DNA of 64,000 nt from assembly GCF_036321535.1 (NCBI RefSeq), contig NC_087436.1, positions 6,696,001 through 6,760,000 of the forward strand. The letters are read 5' to 3'. A program made the translations under genes and the position numbers. Positions 24,157 through 35,504 of the stretch are shown here, piece after piece (within the stretch, counting starts at the first letter, position 1; each line of letters opens with the position of its first letter). Origin of the DNA: Camelus dromedarius (taxonomy: Eukaryota). The notes beneath the pieces are model-generated. The model made no database searches. It had not been told where the DNA came from and saw nothing but the letters and a program-made list of their open reading frames with translations.

Positions 24157-25522
24157 GTTTGTGTGGAATGCTGAGCCCAGGGGGACCCCCCCACCCCCAC
24201 CGCACAGCAATACATCCTGGGCAGGTTCTTAGAAAACAAAATCCTATTTGGTGCCTCTCGAGAAACCCAAGGGGCTCTTGAGATGTCCGTTCCAAACGTT
24301 GCCAAGTTCCTGGTGTTTTGAAAATTCCACCAGTGAACCTCTCTCACCCACGGCTCTGCTAACAGCCCAGCGTGAGCTAATTGTGATCTAAAACGAGCCC
24401 TTCGTGTTTCTAAGAGGACAACATTCTGTGATTTTCCTCCACCTCTTCTGCTGCTGTGAACCGTTTCTCTTGGCCGTGGTGTCTCTGGTCCATTTCTTTA
24501 CCCGCACCCTTTCCTGCACAGAATGTCTTCAAAATCACTCTAATAAGAGCATGGACGACCCCCCCCACTCCCTCATCTCTCTCTCACCCGCTAGCATTTA
24601 AGTAGTTGAAATGTACTTTCCAGCTTCTTGACAGATGTAATCACCTCGAGGTGTCTCTGGGCTGCGTCTGTTCTGAGATGGCCCAGCCTCCCAGCTAAAG
24701 CTGTCGCGCGTCTGCCGCACTCTGGCGAGCTTAACACGTGTGGGAACCTTCGTTACTGACACTCAAAGTGGTTGGTGGCAAGTGGCGTTCTACGCTGTTT
24801 GCCTCGGTAACCTGAAAACCTGCGTGGCTAACGGGCACCCTCCCACCTACTTCAGCACGAGGATGGCATGTGTGCATGCTCTCCTGCAAACTGGGAAAAT
24901 AAACGTGCTTCACAAAGTAGCCGCGGGTGCCACAGGCAGGCAGCGGGTGGGTTCCTCGGGCGCGGAAGCCTCCCCGTAGCAACACATCACCCCCCTGGAG
25001 TCTACTTCAAAGTGAGTGGAAGTCTTTTCTGTCTGCCAAGACAGTGGGTTAGAAACAGAGGAGCCCCTTTTATGTTAATGAGATGGTTTCCAAGCCCGTC
25101 TCCTCTCCAGGTTGTCCCCAGCCACTGCTAAGACCAGCTCCAAAGCAGTTTGGGAATGCAGCGCTATTTAAATACTAATAACGAGGAAGACGGCTGGAAC
25201 AACCTGCCTGAGCACGCTTGTCCGTGGCACCCACTGCACGCGCAGTTTACTGTTCCGTTTCTCCGAGAGACAAGTGTCCCTCAGAGAGGCTTCTCTGCTG
25301 CAGTGGGGCAGGGACAGGCCGGTGGGGACTTGATTCTGTTTCCCGCCTCCTCTCACCAAAGTCCGTAATGGCCTGAACTTTGCTCTCTGGCGCATCTCTC
25401 TGTAAACCCGAGCCAGTCATTGCGGGCTGTCGCCTGCCCTGAGACGCAAACGTCACAGCAGATTTTAGACGGCTGGCTCTTCGGAGAGCCCAGTAACGTA
25501 GCTTCCTTTGCCTTTTCCTCAG

Positions 25523-25594
25523 CACACAGCACTCCTGTGGACATGCCGAGCAGAGGACAGAATGAGGACAGGGACAGCGGCATTGCCCGATCAG
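25523..25594 (+). CDS. FNIP2: FNIP2 coding exon 7 (72 nt)
   Basis: ccttttcctcag|CA CAC...TCA G|gtacgc; [24 protein letters not shown], containing a DSGxxxS beta-TrCP-type degron motif. Confidence 0.95.
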
Positions 25595-27739
25595 GTACGC
25601 CTTTCCTCCTCCTGGGGTGCCTGCCCGCTGGGACCATCCCAGGGCCTCCCATGTTGAAGCTCCGGGACTGACGCGCAGCGTGTGGTGCACGTGGGCCGGT
25701 TTCTCCTGACGCCCACACCCCTGGGAGACTCCTGTGCTTGGGGAGGTTTCTTTTTAGAGGGAAACCTCCTGGAGCCAGTCATTCTGGGAACTTGCTTGCT
25801 GAGCACTGAGCGCGGAATCGGGGGAAGGACCGGGTCTGTGGGAGTAAGTCTGTCCACCACCGTGAGTGGGGCTGCCAGCTGACTTGTCACCCTTCCTTCT
25901 GTCCTGGTGCCACGCTGGCCTGGGTCTCATCCCCAGGACTCCCTCCCTCCTGGTGTCAAGCCTTAAACTTTCCTAGTGCTGCTTTTAGGATCTGTGGGTT
26001 TCTGCTTTTGCCCACGATTCTGCTGTTGGTTTTTGATTTGTGGTTCAGATCCAAAATAGCGTCCATGCTGCTGAAAGAAGGGTGCTGAATGAATGATCTG
26101 AAATTCGGGGGTTCGGGGGCATGTGGGCTGAGTGCCTGCAGAGTCGGGGCACCTGCCCGTCTCTCCAGTGACATGGGCCACCTGCCTGCAGGGGTCCAGG
26201 CTCGGTGCCTTCGCTCACTGGCTTCCCGCTCAGGTGCTCTCGGAGGAGCCCTGGGTCCCATGCGCCTGGTCCCTGCACCGCTCAGCGCAGCCCTGCCCCG
26301 CTTTACAGACGAAAGGGAGTTTGCTACTGAGTCAGCCTGTTTGGTTTGTTTGTGTCACAGAGTGGAAGGGACGCAGCATTTTATTAATGGTTAAATGACA
26401 TGACACTAGTAGATTCATTTTGGTCTTCCTAATCCTTCCGCACGTCAAGTTGGGTGGTGACCTGTTGGGCGGAAGTGTAGTTAATTCCTGTTGATTAGAC
26501 CTCTGTCATTTTCATTTGTAGCAATTTTTGTACAAACATAAAATCTGAGAAAGTGAGGAGCTTACGAGGTGCCCAGAGAACTGTTTTACTTTTTGTGTGT
26601 GCTTGATGGTACTCGGGGAAACTTCATCATGGGGCCCGGTCAGCATCCCCTCCGCAGGTGTGTCCAACGTCTCTGAGTTACATCCGTCCGTCAGTTACTC
26701 AGGGCTGTGAGGCTCCTCCTCCCCCTCCTCCCCCTCCGCCTCCTCCCAGGGCTGGCCTGGGGCGGGCTTTGTTCTGGCTGAACTTCCAGGGAAGAAGATG
26801 TGGGCACCACCGTGGAACCGAGATCACTCTCAGTCAGAACTGCTGCCCGAGTGGCTCATAGAATTTAGTATGTTGGGCCTGGTGTGGCGTGTGCTCTTTA
26901 CCTCTCTGCGAAAGAAAGAAAGAGAGGAAGACAACTGTCCACCGTTTACCGGGGGCCCATTCTGACCCTGACCCGCAGGGTTCCTGCAGGAACCTCCCTG
27001 TGTTTATGTGTGTTTTGCCCCTTCTTGTTCCAGAAGAGATTAAAGAGACACCGAGGGAGCTGGTCCACCAGACACGTCGGGCAGCTTTGGAGGTTCCCAG
27101 CTCACGTCTCGGTTTATGCCATAATTGATGTAAAGGGTTCGTGTTGTGCACGTCAGAATCCCATTGGTTTGGTACCGTTCAGATTGTCAGTTGCTCCTGA
27201 AACTAGCTTTCCTTGCCCTTTGAGAAGCAGGAGCATTGAGGGGCGAAGTTTGAATTGGAGGGAGAGGTCTGTCACAGCCGGGTCTCAGTTTTCCCGTGGG
27301 GGTCGGGGGAGCAGGCGTGAGCCCTGGCCTGTCTGGCGGCGTGGCCCCTGGCCCAGGAGTCTCTCCTTCCAGGCTCCAGCTCTCCTGCTGGAGGAAGGGC
27401 AGGTGTGGGGCTGCAGGTGGTCTCCCTTCTCTTGGAGGATGTGCTCACCTTTCTTAGTGGGAGCTGCTCTTAGATTGGGGTGAGGGTCACCCCCGGGGAG
27501 GGCAGCCCTCTGCTAAGTCCTCTTGTGTCCCCACTGTGATTTGGTCTCCAGGTCTCTCCTGGTGACGTCACCTGCATCGTGCGGGGACCAAGGTCCTAGT
27601 CCTGGAGCAGAACAGGGACTCCCAGTGTTTGACTGAATTGGCAGCAGTAGGAGATGTAGAGAAATTAAAGATGTTGATGATTTCTTTCTCCTGTAGTTTT
27701 TAACCTCGTATCTGAAGAGTTGAGAGATGGGGGGAATAT

Positions 27740-28831
27740 TTTTAAACAGGTTTTGTTTTTCAGAGCAGTTTTTAAAAAATTTTTATTTAAAAAAATTTTT
27801 TTAATTGAAGTAGTTTCTGGTGTGCAGCACAATGCCCCAGTCATGCATATACACACATAGATTCATTTTCACATTCTTTTTCATTAAAGGTTGTTACAAG
27901 ATATTGAATATATTTTCCTGTACTGTACAGAAGAAATTTGTTTTTTGAATCTATTTTTATATATAGTGGCCAACATTTGCAAATCTGAATCTCCCAAGCT
28001 CATCCCTTCTCACCCCCTTTCCCTGGTAACCACAAGATTGTTTACCGTGTTCAGAGCAGTTTTAGATTTGCAGGAAAACCGAGATGGGAGCACAGGGGTT
28101 CCCAGCCTGCCCCGTCACTAACGTCTTACACAGTGCAGTGCACTCGTCCTAGTGACTGAACCCAGATCGACATGTTATTATTCTCTGAAGCCCACAGTCT
28201 ACTTCCAAGTCCTTGGTTCTTACCCAGTGTCGTTTTCCTGTTCCAGGACCAGGTCCCCTTTGTTGTCACCGCCTGTAGTTCCCTCCAGGCTGGGGTGTTT
28301 CTCAGACTTCTTTGTCGTGACGACTCTCACAGCTTTGAGAAGTAGTGGGCGGGTGTTGTGCGGAATGCCGGCTGTTAGGATGTGTTTGGTGTTTTCGGCG
28401 TGGCTAGATGGGGGTGACGGGTGTCTGGAAGAAGGATCACAGAGGTGAAGTGCCACTCTCATCACATCACATAAGGGTGCGTGCAGTCAGCCTAAGTCGT
28501 GACCGTGACGTTGGCCTTGGGCACCTGGCGGAGTCGGGTGTGTCCAGCTTCTCCCTGTCCCCTAACTCGGACCCCTCGCAGCAACTCAGGAAGGAGGTCA
28601 CCGTGTAGCCCACACCTACAGCTGGAGACTGTGCCTGCTCCTGGGGGCAGAGCCCTCATCCACTGTGCCTCCCTCATCCATCCATCCACCCACCCACCCT
28701 TCTGTATCAATGTGGACTCAGATATTTATTTTTCAAATGGGTCATCACAATACCACCTTATTTTGTTGCTCTGAGTCCTCCAGCTTTGGGTATGGGAACC
28801 ATGGCTCCTGTGTTTCTTTAACATACCAGTC

Positions 28832-28879
<48 letters not shown>

Positions 28880-29050
28880 CACTTCTGACCTTCTGTCCAG
28901 ACTGGATGCTCCAGATCTGCCTTGTATATTTTCTACCCAAGTCCCGGAGTCAGTCTTGTCTTCATGGAGTCCTGGCTGTCACTGGAGGATGGAATTAGAT
29001 TCCGAGGTCAGGACACAAGGTGTGCTTGCTGCCACTGGAGTGTCGTCTAT
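27740..29050 (-). mobile_element. Old L1 (L1MC-like) 3' region interrupted by a younger L1 tail (27773-28049)
   Basis: TTCAGAGCAGTTTT duplicated at 27759-27772 and 28050-28063 around the younger L1 3' end; host continues gatttgcaggaaaa...gaggtgaagtgccactctcatcacatc. Confidence 0.72.
28834..28877. repeat. (GT)n microsatellite
   Basis: About 22 perfect units. Confidence 0.95.
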
Positions 29051-29099
29051 TACAAGCCCGCTCAAGACATTAAGCCACATGTGTTTACTGAGTAACGTT

Positions 29100-29206
29100 A
29101 CCACCACCTCCTCTACCTCCACCTCCACCACCACCACCACCATCACTACCACCGTGACGGGTCACCACCACCACCGTCACCATCACCACCACCACCACCA
29201 CTACCA
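29100..29206 (+). repeat. Imperfect (CCA)n trinucleotide tract
   Basis: ccaccacctcctctacctccacctccaccaccaccacc... Confidence 0.92.
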
Positions 29207-29389
29207 GACAAAATGGGGGAAGAAAAAGAGAAAATCCAAGCACTGTGTATACAGCTCTGACCACAGGAAGCTTTTAACAAACTCAGACTTTGGACTCTGC
29301 CTAGAAATTGTTTTCTAATGCCTTGCCCCTGTCATACTTATCAATTGAGGCAGGCATCCCTGTCCTGCACGTCATCATCTGCTCATTTT

Positions 29390-29800
29390 CAGGCAGCGTT
29401 TCTTGAGCATCTTACGTGCCAGACATTTTTGCAGGCTGTGGGACAGATCAGTGATCCAATAGACATGATCCCCGATGTCCTGATGGAGTTTATATTCAGT
29501 GAAGGACACGTGGGTCATAGTCAATGAAATGCAGGCAAGTATTCATCACTGAGCTGGAAAGGGTGCTTGGGAGGCCTCTCCGAGGAGATGAAATTTCAGC
29601 TGACTTGAGTGCCCCTGGTAACCAGCCTCACGGAGACCAGAGCAGAGAGCGAGTTAGGCCAGGGGGGCGGAGACAGAGGGGGGACAGGCCATGCAGTCTG
29701 CGTGTAAGGACTGGCAAGACCGCGTGCACCAGGAGCCCAGGGGAGGTGGATGCAGTGAGATGCTGGTACAAGTTGAGCTTGGAGAGGAAGGAGATGCTGA
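29390..29800 (-). mobile_element. L2 fragment
   Basis: ttcttgagcatcttacgtgccagaca...gtcctgatggagtttatattcagtg...ggcctctccgaggagatgaaattt. Confidence 0.5.
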
Positions 29801-32800
29801 CCCCGTTCACGTAGCTTTACTTTGCCAGGAGCGTTCCCAGATACACACAGACCCGTCTGTCCAAGCTGCAGAAGCGACAGAAGGCTGGGAGCACTCCCGG
29901 CGTCCTTGCCCAAGGTGCCTCCTTGCAGGTGGGGGGTGTGGCAGGTCCGAACCCGCGGTTCTGGGCCAGCGTTCGCACTTGCCCTGAACGTGGGCCAGAG
30001 CCCTGCCCCTCCACCCTCCGGGCGTGCTGCTGCGCCTTTGATCCCGTGATCACGGATTCCAGCTGCGTCAGCGAGTCAGTGGGAATTCTCCCACTGGAGA
30101 AATGACAGCAGCATCTGAGCTCCAACCCTCAGTCTTCCCTTTCCAGGGTCCAGGTGGTTCCCTGTGACTCACCACCTTCTGTGGGTCTCCTGTGCTTCCT
30201 CGGGCATCTTTGTTTCTTCTTCTCCCCTAGCGCGTGAGCTCCCTGAGAGCGGAGATGCACCTCCTGTGTCTGCTGACTGCTCTGTCCCCCGAGGCCAAGT
30301 CCACCCGGCACACAAATTGAAGATGCTCAAAGGATGTTTGAATCAGGGCAGTGGGGATGTATATGTCCCTGTATATACAGGGAGAAATGCACATAGGTTT
30401 TTGAAAGAGTTATTAATATATCCAGCTACTTTCATTCAGAACACCTGGGCTGCCCTTCCCACGGCTGGGTCTCCTGGCTTTTAAGTCTTAGTTGAGATGC
30501 CCCATTTTCACAAGGCTGTTCTCCAACCGCTGATTAGAAAGTTTACCTTGACCACCCCCGTAAATCTTTGCCCTAGCTGCTTCAAGAAAATCGTATGACC
30601 TTGTCACAATCTGAAATCAGGATGTTTATTTATTCCATGCTCAGGAAACATGTGTCATAACAGTTTCAGGGCATTATTTCTTCAGATCCAAAGTCTGCAG
30701 CCAGATCATCAGTCCAGTGTTTCTAGTAAACTCTCCCAATAGCAACCATATTTCCAAAGAAAGTTAAACATTGATCTTGAACTTGCACGACAAATGACAC
30801 AGGCCCAAGAAGAGCCAGCAATCAGCATTCTTAAGCCATTAGACTTACTCTCTGTTCTCACTGCACATTTCAGCAGCAATAACTAGATGTTCGTGGAAGA
30901 GCTCCCCCTCCGCCAGAAGGGTGGGGATGGAGGCACCAACCACTTTCTTACTAATGTGCAGAACTGCAGAAGCCTTTGCAAGCTGTATGTCTTACCGTTT
31001 TTTTTTCTAATCAGAAAAGTATTCTGAAAAGGAAAGTGAGACTAACAACATTAAGGCGTGTTAGACAGAGCACTTGTAAAGCTGAAACAGCCTATGACGA
31101 GTTTCATTCAAAAGTCTCCCGTCTTACAAGTGAGGCATCAACTGGAGGATGTCTTTGCCAGCTCCCCTTCCCCCCCGATAACCATAAGTTTGTTTTCTAT
31201 GTCTGTGAGTCTCTTTCTGCTTTGTAAATAAATTCATTTATGTCTTCCATAAAAATTGTTATTCAGCGTTTTATAGTGAGGATAAGAGGACATCCTCCTC
31301 GGGTTTTTTTTATTATTATTTTAATTTTTTGCCTTTCCTTTTCATGTCTGTATTACAAGTTCTAGGTCTTTCCATAATTAAGTAATCAGAATGAATGACC
31401 TTTGAGTACTCCGAAATGTCTTCCTTAATGCACCTTTGCCAAGAATGATCAGAGAGAGAGCACAGCTGACATTTATTGTGTGGGGCGCCGGGCTAAGCGT
31501 TTGACTTGAATTGATGTGTTTAATCCTCACAGGAACCTTCTGAGATAGGTCAGTGGCTTGCAGACTTTTCATTTGTCTGCAGCCCACGTGAATGCATTTC
31601 ACATCATGGTCCAGTAACAAGCATCTTTATACATAACAAACAAAAGTGTCCTCCCTTCATGTTAATGCTACAATCTACTCTATTTTCTTTTCTGCTCCTT
31701 TTTTTTTTTTTAAATGCTGGTTTTGATCCACTAAACAATCCCTAACCAACTACAAATTGCACCCCTCCTGAAACACACTGAGGCGCGGTCCTTTCCTGCC
31801 GCCGTCTCACAGACGAGAACGCTGACAGGTTAGGCGAGCTGCCCTCATGGCAGCGCTGGGGTCTGAGCAGGAATCCGGGCTCTTCCTCGCTTCACTGAAC
31901 CCAGGGACGCAGCAGCACACTGCCCAGCACACACTGGACCTTGGGGTCGTCTCCACCTGCTTCTCTGATAGGGAAGAAGTGTTTCTGGTACAAGTACTGG
32001 CCCTCAATCCTGTCCTCCACCTGCCAAGGAGGTGATTTGCTTGGCCTGACACCGGGAGAGAGACAGGGAACCTTGAAGGTGTGGGAATAAGGGACAAGAA
32101 TCTCCTGCGTCTTACAGGGGGCTTTGGGAACCTGGGGGCAGGCATAAGTGTCTAATTAGGGTTTTTTATTAAGTAATTTTGTGTGACTTTGAGAGAAAAT
32201 TCTCTTCTCTCCCCCTTCAGAATTCTCGGTAACGCTACCTCCCTGATGCTGTTTGGAACAGGGATTTGATTTTGGAGGTTTGAGTCCAGCCTCAGGGCTG
32301 AAACCTGGTCGTCTGCTGGCGCCAGCCTCATCTGGTGACACCAGTGCAGAAGCGCCATCCATTTGCAAACGTTTACTAATTGTCTGTTGTGTCCCCGGCG
32401 CTGTCCTGGGTACAAGGATCAAAGATGAATAAGATCTAGCAGGCATGTGTTCTGTGCATCGGACCAGATCAGAGGAAGAGCATGTTAGAGATGCTCGTGG
32501 CACCGGAGCCGTTGGCATCCTAGCTGTGTGGGACTCCAGCCTGGCGGCCGTGCAGCTCCATGGGGGACCCCAGGTGCACACACAGTGCCTGGCACACCGT
32601 AGACACCGGACTTGCCACCAAGTCACTGTGGCAGGATTCTGGAACTCAGGCCGAGGGACTCGGCTTATTGCCATCTGCCTGTAGAGTATAAATAGGAATA
32701 TGATGGCTCATGCGGAGAAACTGCCTTCCAAGTGCTACCCACGAGCGTAGTATACCGCGTTTAGTGAAATCCGTGTCCTCTGCCCCGTGCGTGACTCGCT

Positions 32801-33585
32801 TCTGAAAATGTTGACCGGCCGTTGTAACGTTCCCTCCTCCACTGGACCGAGTAACGTTTTGGCGTCTTGGTCCCTGAGCCCTGGGGCAGTAAAAGGAGAA
32901 AAATTCCATCTCCTCCTGTTCTTCTAAACCAGCAGCCCCCGCCCAGCAGCTGGGGTTTGAAAGATGCTCTTTGCCTGTCCGGATGGGGGCTGGTCGGGCT
33001 GGCGCGCGCCTCACGCTTACTGCGAGACCTGGTGCAGCTCGGGGACCACGTACAGGAGGAAGCAGAGAGGCTGGGAGGCAAATGAGTAATCCAGGCAGAA
33101 AATCTGCTCGGTGCTAGAGGTTGTGCCTTCACAGCTGGGGAGTGGCAGGGCTGGGGGAGGGTGGGTGGTGTTGTGTATTTGGGGGTTGAGGGCAGGAGGG
33201 GCTCCTTTTTAGCCTGGATTTCACCTCAAAATACAGAGTGAAGAAGTCGTCAGGAAGGGAAGTGTGTGTAGGTGAACAGCGTGCACGGCTCCCGTCACCG
33301 GGGAGCAGTACCGTAGTTGGGTGCACCCCGCCGTCAGAGACCTGCCGTGTGCACAGACCGGGGGAGCAGCAGTTGTTTGCATTTGCCGTGGTGCCCTGGC
33401 TGTGTCTGCAACCCTGTTCTCCCTTTTAAAGGACGTTTCTTGGCTGTACAGCCGTCTTAGAGAAGCCAGTCCCCCTGCTGGGGGTGGCTGGGAGGGCCTG
33501 AAGGTTGAGGTGACCTGGCTTGTGTTTCAAAGTGCAGGTTCAGGTGGCCTCGCTGAGCTCAGCTTTCGGACTTTCTGCCCCACAG

Positions 33586-33715
33586 CCTCACTCAGCAGCC
33601 TTCTGGTCACCCCTTTCCCATCTCCGAGCTCCTCGACGTCCTCTTCCAGCAGTTACCAGCGCCGCTGGCTCCGAAGTCAGACGACACGTCTGGAAAACGG
33701 CATCCCGCCGAGGAG
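33586..33715 (+). CDS. FNIP2: FNIP2 coding exon 8 (130 nt)
   Basis: ctgccccacag|CC TCA...AGG AG|gtgagc; [44 protein letters not shown]. Confidence 0.95.
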
Positions 33716-34854
33716 GTGAGCTGCGGGTCCCTCTGGCTGAGGCGGGTGCCGGGGGGTGGGGGGCCGCCCACTGAGACGGGCATGCAGTGGGCACCTGCCA
33801 CCCACGCAGACACTGGCTCCCGCTCAGCCTGAAAGTTCACAAATTAGAGGTTTCATGGAAAGAAAAAAAATTTTTAAAAAAACAAAAATCTCCTGGTTTG
33901 GAGGACACTGGGAAATACCCGCGTAGCTGTGAGGGGGCCAGATTTGTCCATTGGAAATGAGCCTGCTCTGTCTTTTCTGGCTCCCTGAGATGCGGCTTTT
34001 GTGAATTAGGAGGGTGGAGTACAGCTTTCCTTGGCCGACAGTGACACCAGTGTGGTCTTTGAAAATATCCAGACTCGAGGCTTGTGACAGACTCTCTTTA
34101 GAAAACTTAGATTCTTAAACTCAACAGCCATGAGCCTGATTATGAAGAGGTTCGGCCTCAGGATACTTTCTGTCTTCATTTAAGTGGGTTTAGTTATGTT
34201 GCAAAATGGACATTTTGGACTTAGTGCAATGTTACATCTACAGCGTCCAGCCTCTTCTTCCAACAATCCAAAAATTTAAAAGGGAATTAAGGTAGGTTGT
34301 ACCTATGAAGATGCACATGTCAGATGGTGGACTTTGTAATTGACCAGTAATCGCCACGCGCGGGGATCTGTGACGGGGTAAACGTGAATTCGTCCACACA
34401 TCTGCACCGAAGATGATACGCATATAAACGAGGGTGTGGAGACCCTAAGTGATAAGCACTTGAGAGGCGTCAGGTGTTTTAGTGTTGGGGGCAGGGGAGC
34501 TTCATGGAAGAGGTGATACTGAAAGGACACGGTGGGAAACGAGGGGCCGAGGCATGTGCAGCGCAGCTGTGCTGGCCCCCTTCTCCCGCGGCCCCACCAC
34601 CCCAGGGAGCTGGACAGAGAGAAGGAATTACATCAGCTCACTGGCTGAGGAGCGGCTCCTTGGGTAGTGGGCTTGGAACTGAGTGGTTAAGCGCCTGGAG
34701 TTGGTGTGGGGCCAGGAACTTGCTCCCGCTCGTGGATGCAGGTGAGAAGGACGTGCCATGTCCCCCTCAGCAGTGTGATGGCTGTGCTCACACCGCAAGT
34801 CAGGTCAGGCGGGACAGAGCTGGCAGAGGAAATGCCGCCAGTGTGGCTGTTGTC

Positions 34855-35002
34855 ACCATCCCCATCCCCACATCCCCATCCCTGTCCCCACATCCCTGTC
34901 CCTTCGTCCCCCATCTCTGCCTCCCGCATCCCCATCCCCTTCCCCGTCTCTGTCCCCATCCCTGTGTCCCTGTCCCCACATCCCCATCCCCGCGCCCCCG
35001 TC
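34855..35002 (+). repeat. Low-complexity (CCCCAT/CCCTGT)n tract
   Basis: catccccatccccacatccccatccctgtccccacatccctgtcccc... Confidence 0.85.
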
Positions 35003-35230
35003 CCTGCAGCTGCCAGAAGGCACCCCTGGCCCCGCGTCATCATGACAGCTTCTGGGATTGGAGGACACAGGTGGTCTTATCCACTGGTTTCACCGTGGTT
35101 CAGGCCCTTTTTGCTTTCTTTCCATTTTGTATTTTTACTTTTTATGATAATTGGTATCCATGATAAGAAATTTATTTTTTCTTTTTTACTCTTTTAACTC
35201 TTTTTTTAGATTTTTAAATTTTTAACTTTT

Positions 35231-35319
35231 ATTATTTTTTTTTAATGGAGGCACTGGGGATTGAACCTAGGACCTGTACATGCAAAGTACATGCTCCACC
35301 ACTGAGCTGTACCCTCCCT
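35231..35319 (-). mobile_element. Vic-1-like SINE
   Basis: taatggaggcactggggattgaacctaggacc...ctccaccactgagctgtaccctcccc. Confidence 0.85.
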
Positions 35320-35504
35320 GCAGGTGATCCTATTAGAAGCCTTCCCCTTCAGACATCTCTTACTAAAAATGCTTTTCCATCCTTCTGTCCCCTCAGGTTC
35401 AAATTCAAAGGTGAATAGCATTCCCCAACCCACTCCTTCCAAAGTCTTCAAAAGCTATAATCCGAATCGAGGCCTGGCTTGGAAAGTAATGAACCTCTAG
35501 TGAA

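Noticed and set aside
24157..24224. Extension of the cassette exon to a donor at GGGCAG|gttctt
   Set aside because: Adds 68 nt and ends in phase 0, incompatible with phase-1 exon 7; the donor is poor.
28665..29318. 217-aa ORF with CV repeats and poly-His
   Set aside because: Assembled from old L1 sequence plus the (GT)n and (CCA)n repeats.
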